The notes below the pieces were generated by a model that worked only from the letters and a program-made list of their open reading frames with translations, was not told where the DNA came from and searched no databases. A DNA stretch of 64,000 bases from a virus, in the IMG/VR virus record IMGVR_UViG_3300044695_003432, positions 21,133 to 85,132 of that record. The stretch is one strand, 5' to 3'. The first letter of the stretch is position 1. The number at the start of each line of letters is the position of its first letter. Both the position numbers and the translations under genes were made by a program. Positions 36,037-46,003 of this stretch are shown here, piece after piece.

Positions 36037-37790
36037 TGATCGGATTTCTTAGCGGGAGCGAGGGAGGGCGAGTCCGAGGAGGACGAGCCGGAGCGGGTGG
36101 CGTTGAAGGGGATCTCGGACTGAATCTGCTTGACGAACTCGGTGAGCTTGGACATGGCATCCTCGGGGAGGATCTTCTTGCCCCCGCGGGAGTTCATCTT
36201 GTAGGAGAACCACTTCTCAGACAGAGCGGCCTTGGCACGGACGATGCGGGCTCCGGTCTCACTGGAGGCGGAGGGCATACCAGGCATCGGGAAGGCGAAG
36301 GCGGCTGCTGCCGGATCGTTCTCGATGTATGCGGCGACGAGCTGCTGCTCGGCGACTCGGTACGCATCTTCGATCGTGGGGAACTTCTCGGCCTGCTCGG
36401 CACGGTCGATCCACTTCGAGGCCTCGTGCTCGGTGATGGCACCGTTCTTGGCGAGGTAGAAAACATACTCAGTGCTGAGGGGATCACGAGGATCGAGTTC
36501 CTCAGACATGATGTTCGAGCGGATCAGGGCGTTCGGGGCAGAGCCGATCTCACGATCGAGCTCGTTGACGCGATCCGTGAGTTCCTTCGCTGCCCCCATC
36601 TGGCGGAAGGCATCGAAGAAGCGGGCACGGGCTCCGGGGAGATCTCCGGTTTCCTTGACGTAGCCTTCGAGTTCGCCTCGAAGGTACTTGAGGGCCTCGG
36701 AGGAGGCTTGGCTATCGGCGGTGTGGATGTTCGAGGACAGCTTGTATCGCTCATTGAAGTAGCTCTCGAAGGCCCCCGGAGGGACGTTCTGGAGCATCTC
36801 CGGGGGGAGACGATGCGAGAGGGGATTCTCCCCCGCGGCGGTGTGGGCGTAGAGCGAGTCGCTAGCGGACTTGCCCCAAGTGTCTGCGGCTTGCTTGACC
36901 GCTTCGGACTGCTGCTTCATCTCTTGGAGGATGAGCGAGTTGACGCGGGTGGCGGTGTTGTAGCGGACTTCCTGAGCGGCGGCGGTGTTGCCGAGGGGAG
37001 CTCCGTCCTTGCCCTTGAGTTGAGAGAGGATGCGGGGGGCGAGGTTGGCGTCCTTGGCTTGGAGGGAGGCCTCTTCGATGGACTCGTAGAGGATCTTGTT
37101 GGCGATCGTGGGGTGCATGGTCCGAAGCATCTCGTCGAGATGGGTCTGGACCTCGGCCACGCCATCGGCTGAGTCGAACTTCGAGCCAGCGGTAAAGATG
37201 GAGGTGAGGTAGTCTCGGGCCTTCTCTTGGCGTTCCACCTGACGCTCTTGGGAGCGTTGGTTGGACCACTGGTTCAGAACCCGAGACTTCATCGAGTCGA
37301 GTTCGGGGACCGCAGCCTCGGCAGCGAATGGCGAGAGGTTCTGAGCGAAGCCGGAGAAGTGCTCATCCCAAAGAGAAGCCACCGCGTCGGGGTTGTCTTG
37401 GAACCGAGCGGGGTCTTCTTCGAGCTTCTTATCGAACCCGAGAGCGAGCTTGCGGGCCTCGGCCTTCGCCACCTCCTGCTCGGCCTGAGCCATCGACCAG
37501 GGGTTATCCGCCCAAGGGATCTCTCCAGCATCGACCGCCTTCTTGAAGGAGGCCATGTTGTCGAGACGCTTGGTGAGGACATCCTTGGTGGCTCGGAGTT
37601 CCGAGGCACGGCGGTAGGCGGAGAACTGGCGATCGAGGACGCCTTGGAGGCGGGGATTGAACTCGCGGAGAGACGCGGCAAGCTGAAGGGCCGGGTTGGC
37701 GGGGGCAGGGGCGGCGACATCGGCCTGCCGGAACTGATCCACAGGGCGGGCCTGCGGGTCAAGGGGGACGTACGAGTTCATCGAGGACAT
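36033..37790 (-). CDS. Internal virion protein, gp15-like
   Basis: PQARPVDQF...QLAASLREFNPRL N-terminus; synteny. Confidence 0.75.
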   Translation of the reverse strand: MSSMNSYVPLDPQARPVDQFRQADVAAPAPANPALQLAASLREFNPRLQGVLDRQFSAYRRASELRATKDVLTKRLDNMASFKKAVDAGEIPWADNPWSMAQAEQEVAKAEARKLALGFDKKLEEDPARFQDNPDAVASLWDEHFSGFAQNLSPFAAEAAVPELDSMKSRVLNQWSNQRSQERQVERQEKARDYLTSIFTAGSKFDSADGVAEVQTHLDEMLRTMHPTIANKILYESIEEASLQAKDANLAPRILSQLKGKDGAPLGNTAAAQEVRYNTATRVNSLILQEMKQQSEAVKQAADTWGKSASDSLYAHTAAGENPLSHRLPPEMLQNVPPGAFESYFNERYKLSSNIHTADSQASSEALKYLRGELEGYVKETGDLPGARARFFDAFRQMGAAKELTDRVNELDREIGSAPNALIRSNIMSEELDPRDPLSTEYVFYLAKNGAITEHEASKWIDRAEQAEKFPTIEDAYRVAEQQLVAAYIENDPAAAAFAFPMPGMPSASSETGARIVRAKAALSEKWFSYKMNSRGGKKILPEDAMSKLTEFVKQIQSEIPFNATRSGSSSSDSPSLAPAKKSDQ

Positions 37791-38399
37791 TTATGCCTTT
37801 CCGAACAGCGGGCGATAGAGCCAATCGTTCGAGGTCTTATTCGGGTCGTAGGGACCGGAGCGGGTCTGCTGCATCCCGGTGTCGTAAGCGTCGATCGCAG
37901 AGCCGCCAATGCCGAAGAGAAGGCTGAGCGGATTGCCGCCTTCAACGGGACGGGGGCGAGCGGAGACGATGCGGTTGGCGGCATCGGTGCGGAAGCCTTC
38001 AGCATCGCGGGCATCCTGAGCACGCCGCCAGTTGTAGTTGAGGAGGAGGTTGTTCTCGGTGGCCGCGGCTTGGCGGTCGAACTCGCCGAGAAGGTTGTTC
38101 ATGGTCTGAGACGAGAGACCGCGGGAGCCGAGGGCGGTGGCAGCGGCGGAGCGATCTTGGATGCTCCGGCGGGCACGCTCGGTGCCTTCATCGAGAAGGG
38201 CCTCACGCTCTTGGAGAGCACGCTCACCCTGAGCTTCGAGCTGAAGGTTGTAGTTGCTCTTGGCGTTCTTGGTGATCTCGCTGTAGACCTGGTTCTGGTA
38301 TTCGTTCTCAGACTCGGCCCGCTGGTTCTCACCGACGTACTGAGCGGTGGACTGGCCGATGCCCAGAGCTAGAGGGATTGCTGCGGCGACGGTGCACAT
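37791..38399 (-). CDS. Internal virion protein, gp14-like
   Basis: MCTVAAAIP N-terminus, coiled coil, GSRGLSS motif. Confidence 0.75.
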   Translation of the reverse strand: MCTVAAAIPLALGIGQSTAQYVGENQRAESENEYQNQVYSEITKNAKSNYNLQLEAQGERALQEREALLDEGTERARRSIQDRSAAATALGSRGLSSQTMNNLLGEFDRQAAATENNLLLNYNWRRAQDARDAEGFRTDAANRIVSARPRPVEGGNPLSLLFGIGGSAIDAYDTGMQQTRSGPYDPNKTSNDWLYRPLFGKA

Positions 38400-38839
38400 G
38401 AGGAGTAGAACTCTCTGAAGATGACACCCTTGATGTGACGCTCACCGCTGAAGGTGAAGCCCATGTGGGTGAGCCATCGGACGTGGACGGTGTTGCGGGA
38501 ATCGACAAGATTCCAGAGGTGGGGGAAATCGAGATGGAAAATGGTTTTCCAGAGCTTTGCGGTTCGCATAAACCAGCGGACATTGAGGGCCATGCGATCG
38601 GTGCCCATGAGCCACGGGACACCCACGAGTTTGTTCTCGGGGTGGGGGCCGCATCCGAAGACACCGACAATCCCCTCGGCATCCACACCGACCTTGCAGG
38701 TCGAGGAGAGGCGAAGGGAGTAGAGAAGTGCCTCCTCCGGGCTTTCACCGAAGGAGGCGAGGATTTCACGATGGTCCGCGGCACGGAGGTTGGGGGCGAG
38801 GTCGAGAAGATCACGCTCCGTTGCATCACGGATTTCCAA
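38369..38839 (-). CDS. gp13-like protein (acetyltransferase-like fold)
   Basis: LRAADHRE, GVPWLMGT, LWNLVDSRNTVHVRWLTHMGF. Confidence 0.8.
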   Translation of the reverse strand: MEIRDATERDLLDLAPNLRAADHREILASFGESPEEALLYSLRLSSTCKVGVDAEGIVGVFGCGPHPENKLVGVPWLMGTDRMALNVRWFMRTAKLWKTIFHLDFPHLWNLVDSRNTVHVRWLTHMGFTFSGERHIKGVIFREFYSSCAPSPQQSL

Positions 38840-41800
38840 TCAGGTTTTCCTTGAGTCAGGGGACCAGTTCCCTTCCCATGAGGCCTTGGAGAACCAGGCC
38901 GGGAACATGGAGTCATTGAGAAGGGTGGCGGTGGTCTCCTCGTTGCGGCCTCCCACCCAAGCGATGAACTCGCCGGAGGTGAGAGAGACGGTTGAGGGGG
39001 CCGATCCGTTCCCGTTGGGGAGCTGGTCCGTGAGGGCGTAGGTGGCCGTGGGGCGACCGCCTGAAGGAGTCACGAGGAACGAGAACCCAACCGCATCGGA
39101 GTAGTTGATGCGGAGGCGGTGGATCTGGAGCCGACCGTTGGTATCAGCGAGCGAGCCTCCGCCGGGGAGGGGATCACGGACGTAGAACGGGGAGAAGACA
39201 GAGGACTGTGTGTAGGACAGGCCCACCCACACAGCCTTGCTCTCCCAGTTGCCCGTGAGGCGAAGCTCGGTGGCGGAGCCTCCGACTTGCTGAGCGATGA
39301 TCGAGCCGACCGTTCCGAAGGTGGGCTGAGGGGTTGCCACGATCGTTCCCACCGAGGGCTTATCCCAAGGCAGGGTGACGGTGGTGTAGTTGCCACCAGC
39401 GTTGTAGGTTCCACCCGCGGGGGTGACTGAGACGCGACGATCAAGGAGGACCGGGTACGCGAGGGTTCCATCGGTGTAGCCGATGTCGAGGTTGAAGACC
39501 TCAAGCTCGGTGCCGGTGACTCGCCGGATCACCATGTAGAGCTTCGAGTCAATGCACCCGAGGCCGTAGATCGTGTCATCGTTGGTTCCGTTCCCTGAAG
39601 GGGCGGGAGACCAGCGATGCCAACCGGCAAGGACAGTGCGATCACCCTCGGTGGCCCACTGGTGGACCCAGATCTTCTTCCGATCCCCAGAGCACAGCAC
39701 GGCGAGGAACTTCTCAGGGACCACACAGCAGAGCTGGATGGGGTTGCCGGAGAGGTAGGTAGCGACGTGCTCAGTGCGGGGGTTGGAGGAGGCGATCTCG
39801 TTGTATGGGTCGATCACGAACTCTCGGATCTGAGTGAACGATCCGCTGCGGTAAGGGGCGAAGAGCCGCCTCTCCGCGTTGACCGGGCGGCAGTTGGCGT
39901 AGGTATCGTGTTCCGACTCGATCTCAAAGCGAGCCGTCTTGGCGGTATAGGAACCGTTGACGGTGAGGCGGAGCTGAGAGCGATCCCCGAAGACCATCGC
40001 ACGGTTGGCGAAAGGAGAGCCAGCGTGGAGGGTGAGGACGGAGTTCGTGCCAGCCTCGAAGTCGATCGGGTCGGAGTCTTGGACGGTGAGAGCAGTTCCC
40101 CTCCAGAAGTCGTAGAAGTTACCTGCCACACTCGCTGAGGCGTTGGAGCCGGAGACGAAGTGGAGGCGATTCTCGAAGAGGAAGAGATCCTGGATCTTCT
40201 GGCCCACGAAGGCGGGGGCCGGAGCGGTGATCTCATCGCCTGCCCCACGGGAAGCCCAGGCTCCCTTGGAGATCTGGAAGTAGATCTGGTTCGGAATACC
40301 CGTGACGGTGCCGGAGACGTTATCCACCTTGCGGGTGATGACGTGAGGCATCGAGGCGAGATCGAAGGAATCGGTGATGCAGGGCTTATCGACTTCGACC
40401 CAGAGACCTCGGCCCACCACGAAGTCCGTGGCGGGGGTGGGGGTGATCTCGAAGCGGACGTAGTAATCGTCCTGACCCGAGGAGGCACTTCCCTTCACGG
40501 TCATTACATCGCCATGCTCCGCGGTGTCGGGGAGATCGGCGAAGGAGTTGACTTGGTTGTAGGCGAGGCGGGTATAGGAGTTGCCTACGGAGTCGGTGAT
40601 CTCTGCGGTGAGTGCGGCGTTATCGAAGCGAGCGATGCGGAAGACACTATCGCCGGGGCGGTAGTCAACACCGTAGGTGCCGAGGTTGAGCTGTTGAGCG
40701 ATGAGCGAGGCGAGCTGAGAGACGATGTAGCTCGTCTGGATCTTCGTGGCATCGTCCGTGGGGGTGACGTACTCGACGGCCTTACCATCGACCTGAACGC
40801 GGTAGCGAACTCCGTAGCCGCCTTGGCGAATCCAGAAGAGAGCGACGTTCCGCTTACAGAAGAGAACATCCGGGATGCCCGAGGCGGTGAGATCGACGGA
40901 GACACTCGCACGGGAGTTTGTGCGGTAGACCGTTCGGCCATCGACCAGGGCCTCTTGGCGGAAAGTGTCCGTTGCCCATGAGAGCTGGTACTTGGAGCAA
41001 GTGTTGACGTAGCCGGTGATGACACTCGGCTTCGCGGTGATCGGGGAGCCTTCGAGGACGGACCCACCGGGCCACCCACCGGAGTAGTAGGTAACGAAGT
41101 CGAGGGTCTGGTCAATGAACAGACGCTCATGGGCCGCGGCGACCGAGAGCATCGACTTGGTGTTATGGCCGGTGAGGTGGTAGCGGTGGGTTGTGGTGTT
41201 GGAGCCGTCGATCGTGTTGGAGCCGACCTTGACGCCGATGATCTTCATGCCGGGGGCGATGAGGAGCTTGGCGGAGGTGTAGGACCAGTTACTCGGGGGA
41301 GAGGTGTTGCTGAGATCGTTGGGATCTCGCACATCACCCTGGCCCGCGGCGGGCAGGGTACAGGTGCGGCGGTAGGTGCCAGTGACTTCCCATCGGCTGT
41401 TGCCTGCATCCCAAGTGGTTGAGCCGGTGATGATGAACTCAACGAGATCGGTGCCGAGGTACGGGGCGTCGTTGACGTTCTCTTGGAGGAAGCGGACGTT
41501 ACCGGAGAAGGCCACGTTCGCTCGAACACAGTTGTAGCAGGTGGCCGAGCGTTGCTCGGGGATGTTGCCTGCGTACCAGTTCCAGAAGTTGAGGGTGACG
41601 CTCTCGGTTCCACACGAGGGGGTTGTGGAGGAGGAGACAGAGGCGAGGGCGGGAGTGACACTCCGGTTCACGAGGAGCGTGGTGTCCGCAAGCGTGAGAG
41701 CACGGAGATCGTGGCGAGGGGTAGAGCAGGCGAGGTACGCGGCGGTTCCCGAGTCGTAGATGACGGGGAAGGATGTGCCAGCGAGGTTGAACGCCTTGAG

Positions 41801-42076
41801 TTCACCCGAGCGGAACAGGAAGAGGTACTGCTCCGAGGCATCCCTTCGGATGAAGTGGACCATCGGATCGTTCGTGGCGTTCGCGTCCCCGGTGGTCTGG
41901 GAGGAGGTGAGGAGGCGAGCGATGTACTGAGACGATGGACGCTTACCCAATCCCTTGAGCGGGGAGAGGAAGGAGTTCTCCTGCGATGCAAACTGAGACG
42001 GGGCACGGAGCGGAGCGGTCTGCTGAGAGACGCCGCCGATGAGATTGGGGATAAGCCCCGAGACAGGTACAGGCAT
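38840..42076 (-). CDS. Tail nozzle / tail tubular protein B (gp12-like), enlarged
   Basis: IPNLIGGVSQQ, GLGKRP, FENRL, DSDPID, GRLQI motifs; 1078 aa. Confidence 0.9.
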   Translation of the reverse strand: MPVPVSGLIPNLIGGVSQQTAPLRAPSQFASQENSFLSPLKGLGKRPSSQYIARLLTSSQTTGDANATNDPMVHFIRRDASEQYLFLFRSGELKAFNLAGTSFPVIYDSGTAAYLACSTPRHDLRALTLADTTLLVNRSVTPALASVSSSTTPSCGTESVTLNFWNWYAGNIPEQRSATCYNCVRANVAFSGNVRFLQENVNDAPYLGTDLVEFIITGSTTWDAGNSRWEVTGTYRRTCTLPAAGQGDVRDPNDLSNTSPPSNWSYTSAKLLIAPGMKIIGVKVGSNTIDGSNTTTHRYHLTGHNTKSMLSVAAAHERLFIDQTLDFVTYYSGGWPGGSVLEGSPITAKPSVITGYVNTCSKYQLSWATDTFRQEALVDGRTVYRTNSRASVSVDLTASGIPDVLFCKRNVALFWIRQGGYGVRYRVQVDGKAVEYVTPTDDATKIQTSYIVSQLASLIAQQLNLGTYGVDYRPGDSVFRIARFDNAALTAEITDSVGNSYTRLAYNQVNSFADLPDTAEHGDVMTVKGSASSGQDDYYVRFEITPTPATDFVVGRGLWVEVDKPCITDSFDLASMPHVITRKVDNVSGTVTGIPNQIYFQISKGAWASRGAGDEITAPAPAFVGQKIQDLFLFENRLHFVSGSNASASVAGNFYDFWRGTALTVQDSDPIDFEAGTNSVLTLHAGSPFANRAMVFGDRSQLRLTVNGSYTAKTARFEIESEHDTYANCRPVNAERRLFAPYRSGSFTQIREFVIDPYNEIASSNPRTEHVATYLSGNPIQLCCVVPEKFLAVLCSGDRKKIWVHQWATEGDRTVLAGWHRWSPAPSGNGTNDDTIYGLGCIDSKLYMVIRRVTGTELEVFNLDIGYTDGTLAYPVLLDRRVSVTPAGGTYNAGGNYTTVTLPWDKPSVGTIVATPQPTFGTVGSIIAQQVGGSATELRLTGNWESKAVWVGLSYTQSSVFSPFYVRDPLPGGGSLADTNGRLQIHRLRINYSDAVGFSFLVTPSGGRPTATYALTDQLPNGNGSAPSTVSLTSGEFIAWVGGRNEETTATLLNDSMFPAWFSKASWEGNWSPDSRKT

Positions 42077-42669
42077 TAGGCGTATCCATAGCGGAGGTCT
42101 CTGAGGACATCCGGGTTCTTGAAGATGTTGGCGTCACGGACTCGCGTATCGTCGCGGAGCATCTCGGCCCACGATCTCTGCTCCTGCTCTCCGATGGTTT
42201 GCTGGAGTTCACGGGAGCCGAAGATGCGGTCTTGGAAGATGCGGGAGGCTCGGTGGGTGATGTATGCCTTGGCGTTCTCAGGGAGATCGTCGAAGTCCAG
42301 GGCGAAGACGATCCGCTCTGCGGTGTAGTCTTGAGTGAGGACATCGGTTCCGGTTACGGTGTCGTAGAGGAAGCCGTTGCGGATCACGAGGAGAACGGTG
42401 GGGTACTTGAAGGTGGAGATCTCAACCCGCATGGCCCCGGTGGGGACGGCGATCTTGTTGGAGCCGTTGCGGGTGAGGGCGACTTCGGTGCGGGTGTTGA
42501 AGGCCCACCCGCGGGTCTGGACTTCCCGGCTGACTTGCCGGAGGATGTTCAGAGCCTTCCCCATGTCCGAGGAATCGCTGAGGCCGGAGATGGACGCGAT
42601 GGGGGCTTCGTTGATGTCCCGAAGCATGATGTTTACGGCTTCGAGTTCAGTGGTCGCGGAGAGGGGCAT
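42076..42669 (-). CDS. Tail adaptor / tail tubular protein A (gp11-like)
   Basis: TELEAVNIML...GWAFN...FDDLPENAKAYITHRASRIFQ. Confidence 0.92.
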   Translation of the reverse strand: MPLSATTELEAVNIMLRDINEAPIASISGLSDSSDMGKALNILRQVSREVQTRGWAFNTRTEVALTRNGSNKIAVPTGAMRVEISTFKYPTVLLVIRNGFLYDTVTGTDVLTQDYTAERIVFALDFDDLPENAKAYITHRASRIFQDRIFGSRELQQTIGEQEQRSWAEMLRDDTRVRDANIFKNPDVLRDLRYGYA

Positions 42670-42684
42670 GGGGGTTCCTTATGG

Positions 42685-42719
42685 AAAAACACCCTCCAGA
42701 CTTTTCAATCTGGAGGGTG
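42685..42719 (-). terminator. Tphi-like terminator after the capsid gene
   Basis: Minus strand CACCCTCCAGA-loop-TCTGGAGGGTG followed by TTTTT. Confidence 0.8.
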
Positions 42720-42756
42720 CTATGACGGTCACTGTTGACCGAATCAACAGTCAGGA

Positions 42757-43800
42757 TTAGCTGAGCTCGGACTCGCCGGTGGCGATTTCGATAGCAGCCT
42801 CGGGGCGGAGGACACCGTGTCCAGCAACGTACTTGCCGACAACGATGGACGCCTGACGGGCCACCGAGTATTCGCTCTCGGTGGAGATGCCCTCAGCACG
42901 GAGCGTGCCGATGGCGGACATGTGATGGCAGATCGCCACCGACTTGTTGTAGCCGTACAGCGAGGTAGCGGCGGCAACGTCGGCGGGGCCGTAGGTGTTG
43001 TTCGCCAGAGCGGGCTGGGTGAACGCACCGGCGGCGGTGACACGGGCCTTCCAGGTCGGGTAGCTGAGGTTCTTGACGGGAACCCAGGTGGCGACGGTGG
43101 GGAGGTCCGTGGTGCTCCACGAGCCGCTGCCGCCCACGTCACGGTTCAGGAAGCCCTGGAAGGTGTTGACGAGGAGGTACCACTGAGCGGGCTTGAGCTG
43201 GACGTAGCGGCCATTCAGCGGGAGGAACTGAGCATCCGCACGCTGAGCGGCGGTGAACAGAGCCGCACGGAGCGTGGCCTCGGTCGTATCGGCACCCGAC
43301 GAGTAGATAGCGTCCGGGGGCGTGATGCCCGCGGCACCGGCAGACGCAACACCCGTGCTCATCGTGCGGTTCGTGCGAGCCGCCTGGATGAGGGTGAGCG
43401 TCTGATACAGGTTCATCTTGTTGGCGAGGGCCGCGGCCATCTCCGAGACGTAGGCCGAGCGGGTCTCGTAGTGGGCCATGATCTCGTCGATGTTGGCGAT
43501 CGAGACCGAGCTCACCATGATGTTGTCCAGCGAGATCGTTCGCTCATTGGCGAGGATCGACTGGCCCGCGATGAGGGCACCGGGGGTGTGGTAGTCAGCG
43601 GACGTTCGGCCCAGAACAGGGAACTGCTCTGACTTGCGGCCTCGCACGCCGGTCTTGACGATGTGGCAGTTGTTCATGAAGTTCTGCTGCTGGAAGGCAG
43701 TCAGGACTTCACCAGAGAACAACTTGAGGAACAGGGCCGTATTGGAGCCGGAGCCCTCAATCTGACCAGAACGATTCGGGGTATAATCACCAGCAGCCAT
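42757..43800 (-). CDS. Major capsid protein (T7 gp10-like)
   Basis: ALFLKLFSGEVLTAF, KSEQFPVLGR, GHGVLRPEAAIE. Confidence 0.97.
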   Translation of the reverse strand: MAAGDYTPNRSGQIEGSGSNTALFLKLFSGEVLTAFQQQNFMNNCHIVKTGVRGRKSEQFPVLGRTSADYHTPGALIAGQSILANERTISLDNIMVSSVSIANIDEIMAHYETRSAYVSEMAAALANKMNLYQTLTLIQAARTNRTMSTGVASAGAAGITPPDAIYSSGADTTEATLRAALFTAAQRADAQFLPLNGRYVQLKPAQWYLLVNTFQGFLNRDVGGSGSWSTTDLPTVATWVPVKNLSYPTWKARVTAAGAFTQPALANNTYGPADVAAATSLYGYNKSVAICHHMSAIGTLRAEGISTESEYSVARQASIVVGKYVAGHGVLRPEAAIEIATGESELS

Positions 43801-43969
43801 ATGCTGTAAACTCCAAGCAGGGACAATGAAGAAGTGGAAGAGAGACGAAGACCGGAGTAGTTGTCCTCAGCTTGTCCGCCGCAGCGGGGCATCGGGCTAG
43901 TGGTCGAAGAAACCGACTCCCGACCGTTGGGCCAGGAGTGGGGCCATTCTCGAAGGAATGGGGGAGTAG

Positions 43970-45406
43970 TTAGAAGCGATTGCGGGGCGGGGAGAATCCC
44001 GAGGCTCCGCCTCCGCCTTGTGTCCCGCCGATGTTTCGGGGGGTGTCGATGGACTGACCAAGGCGGCGGTTGTACCCGCTGTTCAGAAGCGGGGAGCCGG
44101 TGGTGGGGTTGAGGTCCAGAGCACCCGTGACGGTGCTGGTGAAGCGGGGATCGCCGGTGCTGATGAGGATGTTGGTGAGGTAGGTGGCCTCAGATCCAGC
44201 AGGACCGACCGCACCGGACGAGTTACCGAAGGCGTGGTTATTGGGGAAGGAGCCGATGCGGCCTGAAGAGATCGGGCTCGTGGCGTTGAAACCCCATCCG
44301 CCGTTGTTGGAGGAGGAGCAGTAGACGATTCGGGTAGCAGAGCCGGAGGCGAACTCGAAGCCGTCTCCGGTGTTGAACGCGGCCATGCACTGAGAGAACA
44401 CGCCAGCCGTTACCGAGGCGTTGAGGTTGTATCCATCTCCGGTGTTAGCAAAGGCCACACAATCATCCATCGTGAACAGGCCCACACCCGTCACGGAGAA
44501 ACCATTCGCTGTGTTACCCCACGAGCAGCACCCGCTGAAGAGGTGGGAGTTGCCGGTGGCGGAGTGAGCGAAGCCGGAGCCACCGCAGGAGTAGGCCCAG
44601 CAGTCAACACAGTTGACGCGGCTCGCCGAGGACGTGATAGAGAAACCGTGAGAGGAGACGTTCCGGGCTACGCACGCTCGGAAGGTGATGTCTGCGTTCG
44701 AGGCTCCGGTGGTTACGCCGGTAGTGGGAGCACCGCCACCGCCGCTCCCGCCGACGAACTCAAGCAGAATGAATGTGACGTAGACCAGAGAGCCGGGGAG
44801 GGTGAGGATGGGGGTGGCTCCGCCCGAGGAGGTAGAGCCGCCGAGCTTCACGGGGAACAGCGAGGGCTTTCCAGTGAAGTCAGCAGAGGCAACGCGAATG
44901 CGGTTGGCCGCGGTTCCGTTGTTTCCCCAAGTGAAGTTAGCGGTTGTGCCGCGGTACACCAGCTCGGTTCCATCCTCCCAGTTTGTGCGGACGATGCGGT
45001 GATCGTCTCCGCCTGCGGATGCGATGGGGGTGGCCGAGGCCATGTAGGTCAGAGTGGCCCAGGGTCCGTCTGAGAACGTGAGGGCGGTGGTGTTGACAGT
45101 GGCGAGGCCGGTTGCGGGCTTGAGAACGACGGTCTGTAGGCCGAGGTTGTTGCTCTCCACTTCGTAGAGACCGTTCACGCCGCCCGTGGCCCCACCCCAG
45201 TTGATGTACACGAGACATCCGGCAATGGAGTTGTCCCCCAAGATGTTGCCGAAGCCGGGGTCAGTGATCGTCCGGGTGGATGTGTTGTATGAGGGGGACG
45301 TGGACTGAGCAGCAAGGCCGATCGGACAGAGCCCGTCGTTGCCGTTGTTGGGAGTAGAGACGGCTCCAGGCGTTGAAGACGCCGCGGACACGAAGTAGAT
45401 CGCCAT
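43970..45406 (-). CDS. Right-handed beta-helix (pectin-lyase-like) protein, possible spike/depolymerase
   Basis: Repeated C.A..N.GDGF/GSGF coils; DGPWATL and DPRF...DLNPTTGSP motifs. Confidence 0.7.
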   Translation of the reverse strand: MAIYFVSAASSTPGAVSTPNNGNDGLCPIGLAAQSTSPSYNTSTRTITDPGFGNILGDNSIAGCLVYINWGGATGGVNGLYEVESNNLGLQTVVLKPATGLATVNTTALTFSDGPWATLTYMASATPIASAGGDDHRIVRTNWEDGTELVYRGTTANFTWGNNGTAANRIRVASADFTGKPSLFPVKLGGSTSSGGATPILTLPGSLVYVTFILLEFVGGSGGGGAPTTGVTTGASNADITFRACVARNVSSHGFSITSSASRVNCVDCWAYSCGGSGFAHSATGNSHLFSGCCSWGNTANGFSVTGVGLFTMDDCVAFANTGDGYNLNASVTAGVFSQCMAAFNTGDGFEFASGSATRIVYCSSSNNGGWGFNATSPISSGRIGSFPNNHAFGNSSGAVGPAGSEATYLTNILISTGDPRFTSTVTGALDLNPTTGSPLLNSGYNRRLGQSIDTPRNIGGTQGGGGASGFSPPRNRF

Positions 45407-45422
45407 AGGTGGTTCCTGTAGG

Positions 45423-45455
45423 AAAAGCGGGGGAAGCCGTTAGACTGTCCCCCGC
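45423..45455 (-). terminator. Intrinsic terminator
   Basis: Minus strand GCGGGGGA-loop-TCCCCCGC followed by TTTT. Confidence 0.6.
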
Positions 45456-45467
45456 CGGATCAGAAGG

Positions 45468-45995
45468 TCAGAAGATCTTCGCTTCGAGAAGCGAGTCGTA
45501 GGCGTTGCCGCCAGAGAGGACGAGAGCGACTTCATTGCCGAAGAGGAACTGATCGCATCCTTGGGTGTCGTAGATGTGATTCAGGTTGTCCACTTCGGAC
45601 GACTTGAGAGTTCCGTTGATGACAGCGTTCGATCCCACCGCGAAGGTGGCGGAAGAAGTGTTGTTTCGATTCTTGAGCCGCTGCCACTTGCCCGAGTCCC
45701 CACATCGACCGAAGACGGCGATGGAGCAGGAGGTGGACAGAGTGGCGGCGGATGGGATCGAGAGACGGAGAGCGATGTTGGTGCCGCCAACGGACTTGAT
45801 GATGCGGCAGCGGGCGGCGGTGATCTGAGTGGTTGGGTTGGTGATCGTGGCAGCGTCGATTGCATCGAGGCCCGCCGTGGATGCGGCAGCGTTGATCGCC
45901 CACGTCCAGTCAGAAGAGATGGAGACCGGAACGACAAGATGCTTGTTCGCGGCCCCGTCGATACGCGGGAAGTTTGTTTCGGCTGAGAGAGGCAT
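45468..45995 (-). CDS. Hypothetical beta-rich virion protein
   Basis: 175 aa ORF with AGGA RBS after scaffold. Confidence 0.6.
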   Translation of the reverse strand: MPLSAETNFPRIDGAANKHLVVPVSISSDWTWAINAAASTAGLDAIDAATITNPTTQITAARCRIIKSVGGTNIALRLSIPSAATLSTSCSIAVFGRCGDSGKWQRLKNRNNTSSATFAVGSNAVINGTLKSSEVDNLNHIYDTQGCDQFLFGNEVALVLSGGNAYDSLLEAKIF

Positions 45996-46003
45996 CTGGG
46001 TTC

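Noticed and set aside
42720-42800. T7 10A/10B-type capsid frameshift
   Set aside because: A terminator follows the stop within ~40 nt, leaving no room for an extension, and I saw no clear slippery site
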